Shown one piece after another: positions 48,686-58,582 of a stretch of DNA of 64,000 nucleotides (within the stretch, counting starts at the first letter, position 1; each line of letters opens with the position of its first letter). This DNA comes from Candidatus Latescibacterota bacterium (lineage in GTDB: Bacteria; Latescibacterota; UBA2968; GCA-2709665). Under the pieces are notes generated by a model that was not told the origin of the DNA, ran no database searches, and saw only the letters and a list, made by a program, of their open reading frames with translations. Made by a program: the position numbers and the translations under genes. The stretch spans positions 4,128,001-4,192,000 of the forward strand of contig OZ252100.1 of the NCBI GenBank assembly GCA_965248435.1, given 5' to 3'.

Positions 48686-51637
48686 TCAGGTATTGTGAAG
48701 CGCTCCGGCCCTGTTTCGCGGCTCCACTGCCTGCTGGAGCGCCCGGTTCAATTTTATCGAATCGAACGGTTTGGAAAGGACCAGGTCAACGGCGTCGGAA
48801 TCGTCGGCAGGCGTTCCCTTGAATTCCCAACCGGTGATGAGGACGACTGTCGTATCGGGGGACTTCTGTTTGACCTTCTCGGCCAGTTCCAGGCCCGACA
48901 TCCCGCTCATGACCCAGTCCGTGATCACAAGGTCGTATGCCGCCCCGCGCATCTTCTCCAGGGCTTCGGCCCCACTTTCCGCCGTATCTGCAATGTGTCC
49001 AGGTAACAGCTTGGGCATAAAGTCTCTGACCTCGAAGTCATCGTCCACGATCAACACCCGAAGTCCTGAAAGGGAAGACAACCCTTCCACCTTTTCTTCG
49101 GCAGCGTCTGAAGGCGTCACCACCGGGACGCTTATGACGAAAGTCGTTCCTTTCCCCGGCGCAGTTTCGATCTGGACGATGCCTCCCTGACTCTGAACCA
49201 GTCCCCAGACGGTGCTCAGGCCCAAACCGGTTCCCTTTTCTGTGGACTTCGTCGTGAAAAACGGCTCGAAGACCCGCCGTTGGGTCTCTTCGTCCATCCC
49301 GGTACCGGTGTCGGAGACCTCGACGATGACTTTTCCGTCTTCCTGAAGCGTCGTCACCCCGATGGTTCCTCCTTTCGGCATGGCGTCCACGGCGTTGAAG
49401 ATGAGGTTTGAGAGAATCTCTTCCCAGGCGGAGGGTATGCTCTGGATGAGCGCAATCTGATTCAGGTCGACCGAAAGCTGCACATGCTTTCCTTCCTGTT
49501 CAGCGGCCGTCTTCCACCTCGGTTTGGTGATTTCGATCGTGTCTCGGACGACTTGATTCAAGTCGACGGGTTCCAGCTGGGTCATATCGATGGGCCGCCC
49601 GAATGTCTGAATGCGCCGAACGATGGCGGAGCACCTTTGCGCGGACTGTAAGATCTTGTCTGCGTCCGCCCGAATGGCCTCTGGTATGTCCTCCTTGAGT
49701 TTCATGAGTTCGGCATAGCCCATAACACCCGTAAGTAGGTTATTGAAGTTGTGGGCGACGCCCGCCGCCATCTCCCCGAGGGCTCGAAGTTTTTCGGCCT
49801 CGTGAAGCTGTTCTCGAAACCGGTGCGTCGCCTCCTCGCGTTCTTTTCTCTCGGTGATGTCACGGGCAATCCCGTGGATCCCCACCGCCTTTCCACTTTC
49901 GATGATCCATCGCGAGACGATTTCCAACGCCACGGGATTTCCATCTTTGCTCAAGACTTGAGCCTCAGCTACGGGTCTGGCGTGTTCCGGTGAGAGGAGG
50001 CGTTCGGTCTCTTTGAGGCGACTTGCATCCTCGGCCGCCAGCAGCTCATAGAGTGGTTTGCCCACCAGCTCGTTTGGTTCATACCCCAACTTTTCGGTGA
50101 CGGCTTTGTTCAGAGAGGTCAGGCGCAGTTCCAGATCCGTCGTGTAGACGATGTCGTGCGCGTTGTCGAAAAGGTCGCGGTAGCGCCACTCGGAAGCTTC
50201 CAGCGCATCGTAGGAGCGGGTCAGGGCCTCGGCCATGTTGTTGAACGAGTCGGCAAGCTCGCCGATTTCATCGTGCGAACGCACCTGGATTCGGTGACCC
50301 AACGCGCCGTCGGCGAGTCGTCGCGTCCCCTCCACCAGGGCCTTGACGGGACGCGTGATCCTTGAAGCGCCCGTAAAACTGAAGAGTGCGGCCGCGGCGA
50401 GCACGGCGATTCCGATCAAAAGGAGCACACGTTCAATCGTCGTCAAGAAACCGATGGCCTGATCGAGTGAAAACTGGATGAGGTAATAACCGCGTGCCTG
50501 GGCGGAGGCAACATCCATGGGGCCCAGGAGGCCCAGATAGGTTTCGTTGTCCAACAGCATTTCAAACCGGGCAGTCTGACCTTCTGCCCGTGCGACCACG
50601 TCACTCGGGAGGGATGCCGCCAAATACTCGCGCGTATGATTCGGCCAGGTCGAAGCCACAACCGTCTCGTTGAGCAGGAAGGAGATCTGGCTGTGCGTCA
50701 TGGACTGCAGGTTTGCCGCGAGACGGTCGTCGATGCTGAATCCCGTCGCCAGCGCACCGATCACTTCGTCCTGCGACCAGACCGGCACGCAGACGAGGTG
50801 GACGACCCGGTCGCGATCCACCTGGAGGCCGACGGTGGTAAGCCCATCAATCGCTTCCTGAATTTTCGGTACACTCGAAAGGTCCGCGCCATAACTCACT
50901 TGACGTTCGATCAAGGTGAGGACGGATCCTGTCGCATCGGTGACGGCGACCAGGTCGCCTCCCGCAGTCAGAATCTTTCTCGCAAGGTTGACCACGCGTG
51001 ACCTGTCGCCTGAACGCAGCGCTTGGAGAAGAGGCTCGCTCTCCGCGTCCAGGACCAGGTCCTGCAGGATCGGACCGAAATCGCTCGACTTGTCGCAGCC
51101 GACACTGAGGGTGCCCAGGACTTCTCCAGCGTCGCGTATCGGGACGCTCCTGACGAGAAGCTCTGCGGACTCCCGCTTCCAGATACCCGACGCCTCGGTT
51201 CCTTCAAGAGCCGCCCGCACCGTCGAAAGATCACCCAGCTCACCGCCTTCTGAGATGGAAACTTCCAGCCGGGTCAAGACCCGACCGTTCTGATTTACCA
51301 CGAGAAAGATGTCACTTCCGATGATGTTCTGAAACCGTCTGGCTTCGCGCAGGACAGTACGGGACTGATATTCGAGATCTGGATCTAGAATGTCCAGCGT
51401 GGCCGTAAAGCGGGGGTCCTCAGCAACGACGAGGCTCTGGGAGAGGAGCCATCTCGCTCTTTCCTGCATGAACGTTTTGAAGACGACCTCCGTCTTCTCG
51501 AGCTCCTCGCCGATCTCCTGTTGCACGCGGGCGGCCACGAAGCGGTGGGTGACCGCAAGGGACAGGCCCACGAGAACGGCCACGACTCCGAACGTGAACA
51601 TCAGCATTTTGGCGCGCAGACTCAGAAATTTGTTCAT
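48686..51637 (-). CDS. Hybrid sensor histidine kinase (Cache-like periplasmic domains, HAMP, PAS, HisKA, HATPase, REC)
   Basis: DEIGELADSFNNM; PAS ...RDITERK; AGVAHNFNN; FEPFFTTK; GTGLGL; DWVM...KPF. Confidence 0.93.
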   Translation of the reverse strand: MNKFLSLRAKMLMFTFGVVAVLVGLSLAVTHRFVAARVQQEIGEELEKTEVVFKTFMQERARWLLSQSLVVAEDPRFTATLDILDPDLEYQSRTVLREARRFQNIIGSDIFLVVNQNGRVLTRLEVSISEGGELGDLSTVRAALEGTEASGIWKRESAELLVRSVPIRDAGEVLGTLSVGCDKSSDFGPILQDLVLDAESEPLLQALRSGDRSRVVNLARKILTAGGDLVAVTDATGSVLTLIERQVSYGADLSSVPKIQEAIDGLTTVGLQVDRDRVVHLVCVPVWSQDEVIGALATGFSIDDRLAANLQSMTHSQISFLLNETVVASTWPNHTREYLAASLPSDVVARAEGQTARFEMLLDNETYLGLLGPMDVASAQARGYYLIQFSLDQAIGFLTTIERVLLLIGIAVLAAAALFSFTGASRITRPVKALVEGTRRLADGALGHRIQVRSHDEIGELADSFNNMAEALTRSYDALEASEWRYRDLFDNAHDIVYTTDLELRLTSLNKAVTEKLGYEPNELVGKPLYELLAAEDASRLKETERLLSPEHARPVAEAQVLSKDGNPVALEIVSRWIIESGKAVGIHGIARDITERKEREEATHRFREQLHEAEKLRALGEMAAGVAHNFNNLLTGVMGYAELMKLKEDIPEAIRADADKILQSAQRCSAIVRRIQTFGRPIDMTQLEPVDLNQVVRDTIEITKPRWKTAAEQEGKHVQLSVDLNQIALIQSIPSAWEEILSNLIFNAVDAMPKGGTIGVTTLQEDGKVIVEVSDTGTGMDEETQRRVFEPFFTTKSTEKGTGLGLSTVWGLVQSQGGIVQIETAPGKGTTFVISVPVVTPSDAAEEKVEGLSSLSGLRVLIVDDDFEVRDFMPKLLPGHIADTAESGAEALEKMRGAAYDLVITDWVMSGMSGLELAEKVKQKSPDTTVVLITGWEFKGTPADDSDAVDLVLSKPFDSIKLNRALQQAVEPRNRAGALHNT

Positions 51638-51661
51638 TGGGATCCGTCGCTTGACACCTAC

Positions 51662-52633
51662 CTAGAGGTTGGAGAAGCTGAGTTCAGTGCCTTCGGACAC
51701 CCGGTCTAACCTGGCGATCTCATCGGCAGACAGGGCCCAGCCGACCGCGCCCAGGTTCTCATCGAGCTGCTCGATCGTATCGCTGCCAGAGATCGCGACG
51801 GTGATCTCCGGCTTCGATATGACCCAATTGAGTGCGACCTGTGCCAAGGTCTTTTCTCTCTGTGCCGCGATGTCGCGCAGGACGCCGATGATCGCCGGAA
51901 TCTGACCGGAAAGCGAGCGGTCGAAACGCTCCCGGTCCTTCACCGCCCAGAGTGAGCCTGCGGGCGGCGGCTCGCCCGGCGTATACAGATCGCTGAGCAG
52001 ACCCGCGCCGAGCGGACTGAAGGCCATCGCGCCGAGACTCTGGTCTCGAATCAGGCCGAACATCTCTCCCTCAAGCGTCCGGTTCATGAGGCTGTAGGGG
52101 TTCTGAATGGTCACGAGTGGATCGGCGCCCAGTCTGTCCCCGGCCCACAAGGCCCTGCACACCTGCCAGGCTTTGAAGTTGCAGACGCCGACGTAGCGGA
52201 CCCTGCCCGAGGTCACGAGATCGTCCAGGGCCCTTATCGTTTCCTCGATGGGCGTTTCTTCGTCGAATGAATGAAGCAGGTAAACGTCGATATGGTCGGT
52301 GCGCAGTCTATCGAGCGACTTCTCGACTTCGGACAGGATGTGAACCCTGGAGCTGCCGCCGTCGTTCACGCCAGGGCCGATCTTTCCGAAGACCTTGGAC
52401 GTGATTACGACCTCTTTGCGCCTGGTTTCGAGGACAGCACCCAGGACTTCCTCGGACAACGGTCCGTCCCGGAGGTGGTAGAAGTTAGCGCAGTCGATGA
52501 AGTTGACGCCCGAATCTATGGCGTGCTCGATGACGCGCCTGGCTTCGGCCACTGAGGACTGGCCTCTAAAGCCTAGGCCCAGTGCGATTCTGGAGACCTT
52601 GACCCCGGCACACCCTAGCCGTATGTATTCCAT
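51662..52633 (-). CDS. Aldo/keto reductase
   Basis: IDCANFY, SLDRLRTDHIDVYLLH, GVCNF, QNPYSL. Confidence 0.92.
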   Translation of the reverse strand: MEYIRLGCAGVKVSRIALGLGFRGQSSVAEARRVIEHAIDSGVNFIDCANFYHLRDGPLSEEVLGAVLETRRKEVVITSKVFGKIGPGVNDGGSSRVHILSEVEKSLDRLRTDHIDVYLLHSFDEETPIEETIRALDDLVTSGRVRYVGVCNFKAWQVCRALWAGDRLGADPLVTIQNPYSLMNRTLEGEMFGLIRDQSLGAMAFSPLGAGLLSDLYTPGEPPPAGSLWAVKDRERFDRSLSGQIPAIIGVLRDIAAQREKTLAQVALNWVISKPEITVAISGSDTIEQLDENLGAVGWALSADEIARLDRVSEGTELSFSNL

Positions 52634-52688
52634 CGTCGAGCAGTGTCCAGACGACTCCTGAGAGACCTATTCAATGGGATCGTCGGGT

Positions 52689-53348
52689 TTAGAATGAGAA
52701 GTCGGCTTTTGCCATCCCGGATTCAGGAACGACGATGTCGCGAGACTGTTCCCCCTGAGAAGGATGCCAGGCCTTGAGCGTGTATTGTCCAGGTGGGATG
52801 TCGGTAAACGAGTAGGCACCGTCATCGGCCGGAACGGTGAAGTAGGGCGTTTCGAGGACACGGATGAAGGCCTTCATCCCGGCGTGTATCTCACAGCGTA
52901 CGACGATGACACCCGGTGTTGAGAAAGTTTCACGGGGGGTCTTTCCCTTGGCATATCGACCCAGGTCGAACCGGTCTCCCGCCATCACGGAGAAGACATT
53001 GTGATAAAAATCATCCAGGTTTGGGAACTCGACGGTCGTCCCCGCCAGCACTGGCAGGACACGAGGGACAAAGGCTTCGTTTTTCTGGGACATCACCGGA
53101 GGGGAAGATGCGGTCGAAACGGTCCGACCGGCCGCAAGCCCTTCCAGGTAGACGACGACATCCTGCTGACTCGCCCCGTGTGCATCGCGGGTTCGTGCGG
53201 ACCGGTAAGGGCCCAGGTAATACCGGGCAGGCCGCTTCGCTTTCTTAGTGGCCTTGACGGTGACCGTCCCCGCGATCGTTCCTGAGAACGCCATACCAGG
53301 AGCGACAGAGATGAGAAGGGGCGTAATGAGCAGAGAGAGAAGTCGCAT
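52689..53348 (-). CDS. Secreted cupredoxin-like / carboxypeptidase-regulatory-like domain protein
   Basis: Signal peptide; FPNLDDFYHNVFS and CEIHAGM (H...C-x2-H-x2-M); IPPGQYTLKAWH. Confidence 0.8.
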   Translation of the reverse strand: MRLLSLLITPLLISVAPGMAFSGTIAGTVTVKATKKAKRPARYYLGPYRSARTRDAHGASQQDVVVYLEGLAAGRTVSTASSPPVMSQKNEAFVPRVLPVLAGTTVEFPNLDDFYHNVFSVMAGDRFDLGRYAKGKTPRETFSTPGVIVVRCEIHAGMKAFIRVLETPYFTVPADDGAYSFTDIPPGQYTLKAWHPSQGEQSRDIVVPESGMAKADFSF

Positions 53349-53354
53349 GGGGCT

Positions 53355-54581
53355 TCAGAAGGAGACAGAGAGCTGAGTCGCCCAGAAATGGTTCACCGAG
53401 TCGGGCGCGTTGAGGTGCTCCACCCGTATGTCCTGTCGTAACACCTTGGCGATGACGCCGTCGTGCAGGTAATAGCCGATGCCCCATTCCCACCGCTGGA
53501 TCGGTTCATCCCACGGAACCTTGCCACCCGTTTCATCGTGGATCTCGCCGAAGGTCAGGCGGTCATAACGGACGGCACCGTAGAGGCCGGGCCGAAATGC
53601 GTATTTCGCCTCGATGTATCCTCCGACGTTTGTCAGGTCTGTTCGGTTCCCCCCTTCGTCGGTGATATTCGGGACCTCCCAGTGGTTGAATATCAGCTCG
53701 CCGATGACTTTGAGATGCCGGATGCCGAGTTCCAAGTCCAGACCCGCAACTTGCTGAGCGAAGTCCTCTACGTCTTGCCCTTGCAGCGCCTCGCCGACTG
53801 ACTGATCCAAGTAGGGCCCCTGAGCATACGAGGCGCCAATGATTAGGCCCGTTAATGGCACCAGTCCTATGCGAAAGGCGATCTGCTTTCCGTCGTTGTT
53901 GTCGCCTCCGGAGTTCCTGGGATCAGAAAGCGTGCCCTGGGTCACCGCCGCCTGATACTCCAGGCGCCAGGCGGAACCGAAGGCCTTCACGCCTACGTCC
54001 CAACAGACGTCGTAGATGATCGGGAGCCCGTTGAATCCCAGACTGGAGCCTCCCCCCGCGAATCCTCCGAACGCGTCGAAGGGCCCCTCGCCCCTGTGGG
54101 CCAGCAGGTCGGCATTGTCCGCAGGGAGCTGGTTCGAGCGCAGAGAGGTGAAGTAGTGGTAGATGAGCGGCGCGCTGACCAGGGGGTTGCGATCCGAGTA
54201 TGCGCGTGGGCCGAAGGCCCCGAAAACGGTCGGGATCTTGCCGGCCTCGAAATGGAGGTCTGCCTTTGCAGATTCGTAGGCGGTGTAGCGGACGTAAGAA
54301 CGAAAGTAGGATGAAACGTGGGCTTTGCTTGTGGGGTCCAGGATGATCTGATTGAAGAGCGTGAGGCGATCGCTCAAAACAGCGTCGCCGGAGAGGGTAA
54401 ATCTTATGTTATCGAACAGGCTGTCACTTCTCCGGAGTCGGTTTACCGCGGGGGCGCCTTTTTCACTGAAGGCGTTCGCCAGGTCCAGGATGCCATCGAA
54501 GTAAAACGTGGGCCCGTCTGCCGCCGTCTTGGAAACGGAAAGTAGAAATGCGAACAGGCTGGAGACGACAAGGGTCTTCAT
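53355..54581 (-). CDS. Putative outer-membrane beta-barrel (porin-like) protein
   Basis: Signal peptide; amphipathic strands; C-terminal Phe (QLSVSF). Confidence 0.7.
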   Translation of the reverse strand: MKTLVVSSLFAFLLSVSKTAADGPTFYFDGILDLANAFSEKGAPAVNRLRRSDSLFDNIRFTLSGDAVLSDRLTLFNQIILDPTSKAHVSSYFRSYVRYTAYESAKADLHFEAGKIPTVFGAFGPRAYSDRNPLVSAPLIYHYFTSLRSNQLPADNADLLAHRGEGPFDAFGGFAGGGSSLGFNGLPIIYDVCWDVGVKAFGSAWRLEYQAAVTQGTLSDPRNSGGDNNDGKQIAFRIGLVPLTGLIIGASYAQGPYLDQSVGEALQGQDVEDFAQQVAGLDLELGIRHLKVIGELIFNHWEVPNITDEGGNRTDLTNVGGYIEAKYAFRPGLYGAVRYDRLTFGEIHDETGGKVPWDEPIQRWEWGIGYYLHDGVIAKVLRQDIRVEHLNAPDSVNHFWATQLSVSF

Positions 54582-54661
54582 TCCACATGCTCACGACAAT
54601 CCGGCGTTGGTAAGGAGATCTATGCGTGGGCGGCGAGGATATCAAGAGGATACTAAAATGT

Positions 54662-54690
54662 ATAATACGGAGGTGCCATAGATGTGTCAA
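54662..54690 (-). promoter_or_regulatory. Sigma70 promoter of the porin/cupredoxin genes
   Basis: TTGACA-17-TATTAT. Confidence 0.7.
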
Positions 54691-54710
54691 GCAATGGTAA
54701 GGATATTGTG

Positions 54711-55622
54711 TTACAAGCCCTTGGGCGCAGACGCGAGGACATTGTCGATGCGGTCCAGCTCCTCTTGACTGAACACGATGTCAGCGGCACCGATATGCTC
54801 TCGGAGCTGCCCTGTCGTTTTGGCACCGACAAGGACGCACGAGATCGCGGGGAGGCGCAGAATCCAGGCGAGGGCAAGCTGGATGAGTGTGACGCCCTTC
54901 TCCGTTGCAATGTCCTTCAGGCGTTCTGAAGACGACAGGTAGGATGCAAATTTTTCACCCTTGAAATGGGGCTTCCTGGACCTCGCGTCATCCTCCGGAA
55001 ACAGGTGGCCAGGGGCGTACTTTCCTGTGAGGAGGCCCTGACTCAGTGGGCTGTGGGGGAGGATGCCGATCCCCTCCTGCTCGCAGAAGGGGATGTCTTC
55101 AGGTTCGATTCTTCGGGCAAACATGTTGTAGCGCGGCTGGTTGGACTGGAACCGTGCGGTCTGGAGCGCGAGGCGCATCTGTTCATCGTTGAAGTTCGAG
55201 ACCCCGATGAAGCGGGTCTTGCCCTGTTCCTGAAGCCGGGCCATGGCCTCCATGCTTTCGTCGATCGGATATTCGGACTTCCAGTCGTGGATTTGATAGA
55301 GGTCGACGTGGTCCACACCGAGACCGCGCAGACTGTTGTCCATGCCATTTTGGATATCTTCCCGAGAGTAACCCGAGCTGACTTTGGTACAAAGGAAACA
55401 TCTCTCTCGATAGCCGTCTTTAAGGGCCTTTCCCAGTGTATCTTCGCTGGTGTAATACGACTGTGCTGTATCTAGCAGGGTGATCCCGCTATCGATGGCG
55501 GCGCGGACCACGGCGATTCCCTGCTGTTCCTCGACGTGACCCAGACCCCCGCCAATCGGCCAGGTTCCAAGCCCGATGGCCGAGACTTCCGGACCGTCCT
55601 TTCCGAGTTGTCTGAACTGCAT
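54711..55622 (-). CDS. Aldo/keto reductase
   Basis: GLGTW, LDTAQSY, DHVDLYQIH, IGVSNF, HSPLSQGLLTGK. Confidence 0.93.
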   Translation of the reverse strand: MQFRQLGKDGPEVSAIGLGTWPIGGGLGHVEEQQGIAVVRAAIDSGITLLDTAQSYYTSEDTLGKALKDGYRERCFLCTKVSSGYSREDIQNGMDNSLRGLGVDHVDLYQIHDWKSEYPIDESMEAMARLQEQGKTRFIGVSNFNDEQMRLALQTARFQSNQPRYNMFARRIEPEDIPFCEQEGIGILPHSPLSQGLLTGKYAPGHLFPEDDARSRKPHFKGEKFASYLSSSERLKDIATEKGVTLIQLALAWILRLPAISCVLVGAKTTGQLREHIGAADIVFSQEELDRIDNVLASAPKGL

Positions 55623-55635
55623 TGGATACCTCTTT

Positions 55636-55663
55636 AGAGACGCCCCACCCGGGGCGTCTCTAC
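55636..55663 (-). repeat. GTAG-type REP palindrome overlapping the upstream TAG stop
   Basis: GTAGagacgccccgggtggggcgtctct. Confidence 0.7.
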
Positions 55664-56349
55664 GGCGATTGGCCGGGCCGGGTGTCTGACTTTTCCTGCG
55701 GATGATACCCGATCACCCTGCGCCCGTGATCGACATCATACAACGGCCACGTACTGTCGGAGACGCCGTAAACGATTTCGAATTTTACATCGGGCTGGAG
55801 AATCGCGCGCTCGAAGACGTTGACGGCGTCGACGTGGGCAAGGTGATGGGGATGGGTGGGGTGAGCTCTGAAGTTTCCGATACGGACACAAACGACTTCC
55901 ATGTCGAATCGATGGGCGTACATGTATCCCATGTTTTCACCGAAGGCTTTACTGATCGAATAGTAATGGCCAGCGTGAATCGGAAGGTCCACCGTGCGCA
56001 TTCTATCTTCCGGATAGTCGCCGACCAGGCCGGCCCGGCTCGCAAAGGCGATGCGGCGCACATCGTTTTTGAGCGCGGCCTGGAAGAGGTTGCGGAGCCC
56101 GATGATGTTGGCGGACAGGACTTCTTCCCAAACGGAATTGGATCCTGCGGCCGCAGCCAGGTGAATCACCGCATCCATTCCTCGAGTCACAGTCAGGAGG
56201 GTGTCCAGGTCCCCGAGATCCCCCACGATGCTGTCTTCGACGTCCGGCATGGGCACGACGTCGAATCCACGAATGTGATGCCTTTGCTTCAGGCCCTCTG
56301 CGATACAGCGTCCGACCTTACCGGCCGCGCCGGTGATCAGGACATTCAT
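55660..56349 (-). CDS. NAD-dependent epimerase/dehydratase (uronate dehydrogenase-like)
   Basis: TGAAGKVG, HLAA, YSISK, VRIG. Confidence 0.88.
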   Translation of the reverse strand: MNVLITGAAGKVGRCIAEGLKQRHHIRGFDVVPMPDVEDSIVGDLGDLDTLLTVTRGMDAVIHLAAAAGSNSVWEEVLSANIIGLRNLFQAALKNDVRRIAFASRAGLVGDYPEDRMRTVDLPIHAGHYYSISKAFGENMGYMYAHRFDMEVVCVRIGNFRAHPTHPHHLAHVDAVNVFERAILQPDVKFEIVYGVSDSTWPLYDVDHGRRVIGYHPQEKSDTRPGQSP

Positions 56350-56377
56350 GTCGATCGTCCTCTCGGGGGGGGTGATC

Positions 56378-57403
56378 TCACTGCTTCGGTGTCCTCACGT
56401 CCTCGGCGCCGAAAAGGAAAGAGAGCAGGGTAAACCTGCGGCCCTGCGTGACCTCTGTGACTTCGTGCAAATGCGAGCAGGAGAAGACCAGGGCCTCGCC
56501 GGCTCCGGGCCTATGGAGCATCTGGCCGAATTCAGGGAAACGCAGGCGGCCGCCTTCGTAGTCTTCGTTGAGGTTCAGCGTGAGCGCGAAACGTCGGTGG
56601 GCCGTCGAAGGGCTCAAATTGTCCCGATGGGCCTGGAAGAATCCACCGGTCTGGCTGTCATAGCAGGCAACCTTGAAGCCTTCGAAGCGCGTTGCCGAGT
56701 AGGCGAACGAGCGCTGAACTTCCGGCATCACGCGCCGGCCGATCGTAGAGGTGAGCATCTTCAACAGTTTTTCATCGGCCACGATGTGGTCGCGTCTCCG
56801 CTTAGCTTCCGGACTCAAGGCATCCTCACGGCGCGCACCGTGAGAGCGTTCGACACCGGTTTCGACGTTGTCCCGTGTCCCCCAAACCTGAATCAGGAAC
56901 TGGCAGATTTCAAGATCCAGCACATTGGGGACGAAGAGCACCGGGGCCTGAGCGGTAACCTCCACCACTTCGCGATGAACTTGTGATGCCTGGATGATGG
57001 AGAGGGCCTCATCGGCAGAGGATCGAGCATCGACGTATGCCACGGATCCGACTACTCTCAGGTTGGAATCGAGCACAAACAGGAACGCTGGTCCATCATC
57101 TTCGAGACGGTAGGCTTGCTTCACTTTACCCTGTTCGTCAAAGAAGACTTGAAAGGGAATGGAGGCATCCGGCTTGTTCGATCCAACCTGAACTCCGAAG
57201 ACGGACAGATCTGAATCGCCGCTCGGGTTCAGCGCCTCAGAGAATCGGCAAAGCTGTTCCGTGCTCAGGTCGCCGCAGAACAGGAGGACCGTGGGACGTC
57301 CTCCGGCACGGGCGTAGAAGCGTACTGGATTCCCTTCCTCATCGGGCAATACGAAATCGGGCGCCCGCTCGCCCCGGCCGAGCCCTTGACTGACTGAGCT
57401 CAT
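56378..57403 (-). CDS. Redoxin (AhpC/TSA-like)-2OG-Fe(II) oxygenase fusion
   Basis: GERAPDFVLPD N-domain; HRD...YEGGRLRFPEF...LHEV...RF. Confidence 0.85.
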   Translation of the reverse strand: MSSVSQGLGRGERAPDFVLPDEEGNPVRFYARAGGRPTVLLFCGDLSTEQLCRFSEALNPSGDSDLSVFGVQVGSNKPDASIPFQVFFDEQGKVKQAYRLEDDGPAFLFVLDSNLRVVGSVAYVDARSSADEALSIIQASQVHREVVEVTAQAPVLFVPNVLDLEICQFLIQVWGTRDNVETGVERSHGARREDALSPEAKRRRDHIVADEKLLKMLTSTIGRRVMPEVQRSFAYSATRFEGFKVACYDSQTGGFFQAHRDNLSPSTAHRRFALTLNLNEDYEGGRLRFPEFGQMLHRPGAGEALVFSCSHLHEVTEVTQGRRFTLLSFLFGAEDVRTPKQ

Positions 57404-57440
57404 GACTGTCCTCTTGGGTTGGCCAGAATCAAGGAAATTC

Positions 57441-57494
57441 CAACCGCAGGGACGCAGAGGCATGTCCCTGCGAAAGCAGGGATCGCAGAGAATT
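57441..57494 (+). repeat. CGCAGAG-type repeat with nested CATGTCCC...GGG hairpin
   Basis: Inverted copy of 21531-21586. Confidence 0.75.
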
Positions 57495-57731
57495 CCGTGG
57501 AGAAACTGCCTCGTTGAACAAAGCGATCCAAGATCGACCCAGACATAGGAAAATCCCAGGTGCCAGGAATGACGGATTCAGGCAAAGGCTGACTCCAAAA
57601 TAGGCCCAAAGCTCCGATCGTCAAGTCGAAAAACCGGAATCAAACTTGACAGTCCGTTTCGAATCTATTAATTCGTTTTCGGAATTGCGACCCGGAGGAA
57701 TAGACGGGACGATTCAGGAGGATTCTTGAGC

Positions 57732-58364
57732 ATGGGAAGGAACTTCGTTCGTCGGAGGTGGATTTGCCTGTGGCTTTCCGCTGCAACCAGTCTCGCCTCC
57801 TCTGAGAGGCCAGAAAATGTGACCTATGTGCTTCCTGAGGCGCTGAGGGACATCGATGGGAAGAGCGTGGAAGTGGAAAGACTTGCGAAAGAGAAGAGGC
57901 TGGTGATCGTTACCCTCAAAGCGACGTGGTGTTCGGTCTGTGTCAATCAACTCGTCAGACTTAACAGGCTGCTTCCTCAACTAGAATCGTGTGGGGCGAC
58001 ATTTGTCGTCCTATCTCCCGGACCTCAGCAAGCGCTTGCAGAAGTCCGGAAGCAGACGAGATTTCCTTATCCATTTGTGGAAGATCCCAAGCTGGATCTG
58101 GCAAAGAAGCTAGATTTGGTTTTGGGCCCTGATCAGATTCGACCGGCTATTTTTGTCGTGAACAAGGAGAGGGAAATGGTGTGGATGCAATACGGGCGAA
58201 GCGGGGCTCATTACGGAGACGATGCCTTGATGAAGTATTTGGGGTGTGGATATGATCTGACAGGCTTTGAAGGAGAACGACTTTCGCCCCTCACGACTAC
58301 ACCATCAGGTCGACCTTCCCGCCCATGCCGTTCAGCTGGCTCGTGTCGGCGAGCGTCGAGTTGA
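57732..58364 (+). CDS. Secreted thioredoxin-fold / AhpC-TSA family protein
   Basis: KATWCSVC, FPYPFVEDP, RPAIFVVN; C-terminal ~25 aa may be a spurious extension. Confidence 0.75.
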   Translation: MGRNFVRRRWICLWLSAATSLASSERPENVTYVLPEALRDIDGKSVEVERLAKEKRLVIVTLKATWCSVCVNQLVRLNRLLPQLESCGATFVVLSPGPQQALAEVRKQTRFPYPFVEDPKLDLAKKLDLVLGPDQIRPAIFVVNKEREMVWMQYGRSGAHYGDDALMKYLGCGYDLTGFEGERLSPLTTTPSGRPSRPCRSAGSCRRASS

Positions 58365-58509
58365 TGAGCGAAGCGCCTGCTGCCCGCGCTGAATTCGGCT
58401 CACTGTTGGTATCCGGCGTCAGCGGACGCGGGGTCGTGGGCGGAGGCAGATTCGGCCTCGTCTGCAGCAGGGTCGGCATTCTAAACGCAGAAGGGAAAAG
58501 GCCAGGCAA
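58297..58509 (-). CDS. Small hypothetical protein with C-terminal GxGxxVD motif
   Basis: AAGGAGG RBS before TTG; ends LNGMGGKVDLMV. Confidence 0.5.
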   Translation of the reverse strand: MPGLFPSAFRMPTLLQTRPNLPPPTTPRPLTPDTNSEPNSARAAGASLINSTLADTSQLNGMGGKVDLMV

Positions 58510-58582
58510 GGGGCCCTCCTTTCACCTGAGTCAGAACTTTCGTGGCGATACGATTATTGGTGCGATGAGAAGCGACAGAGTG

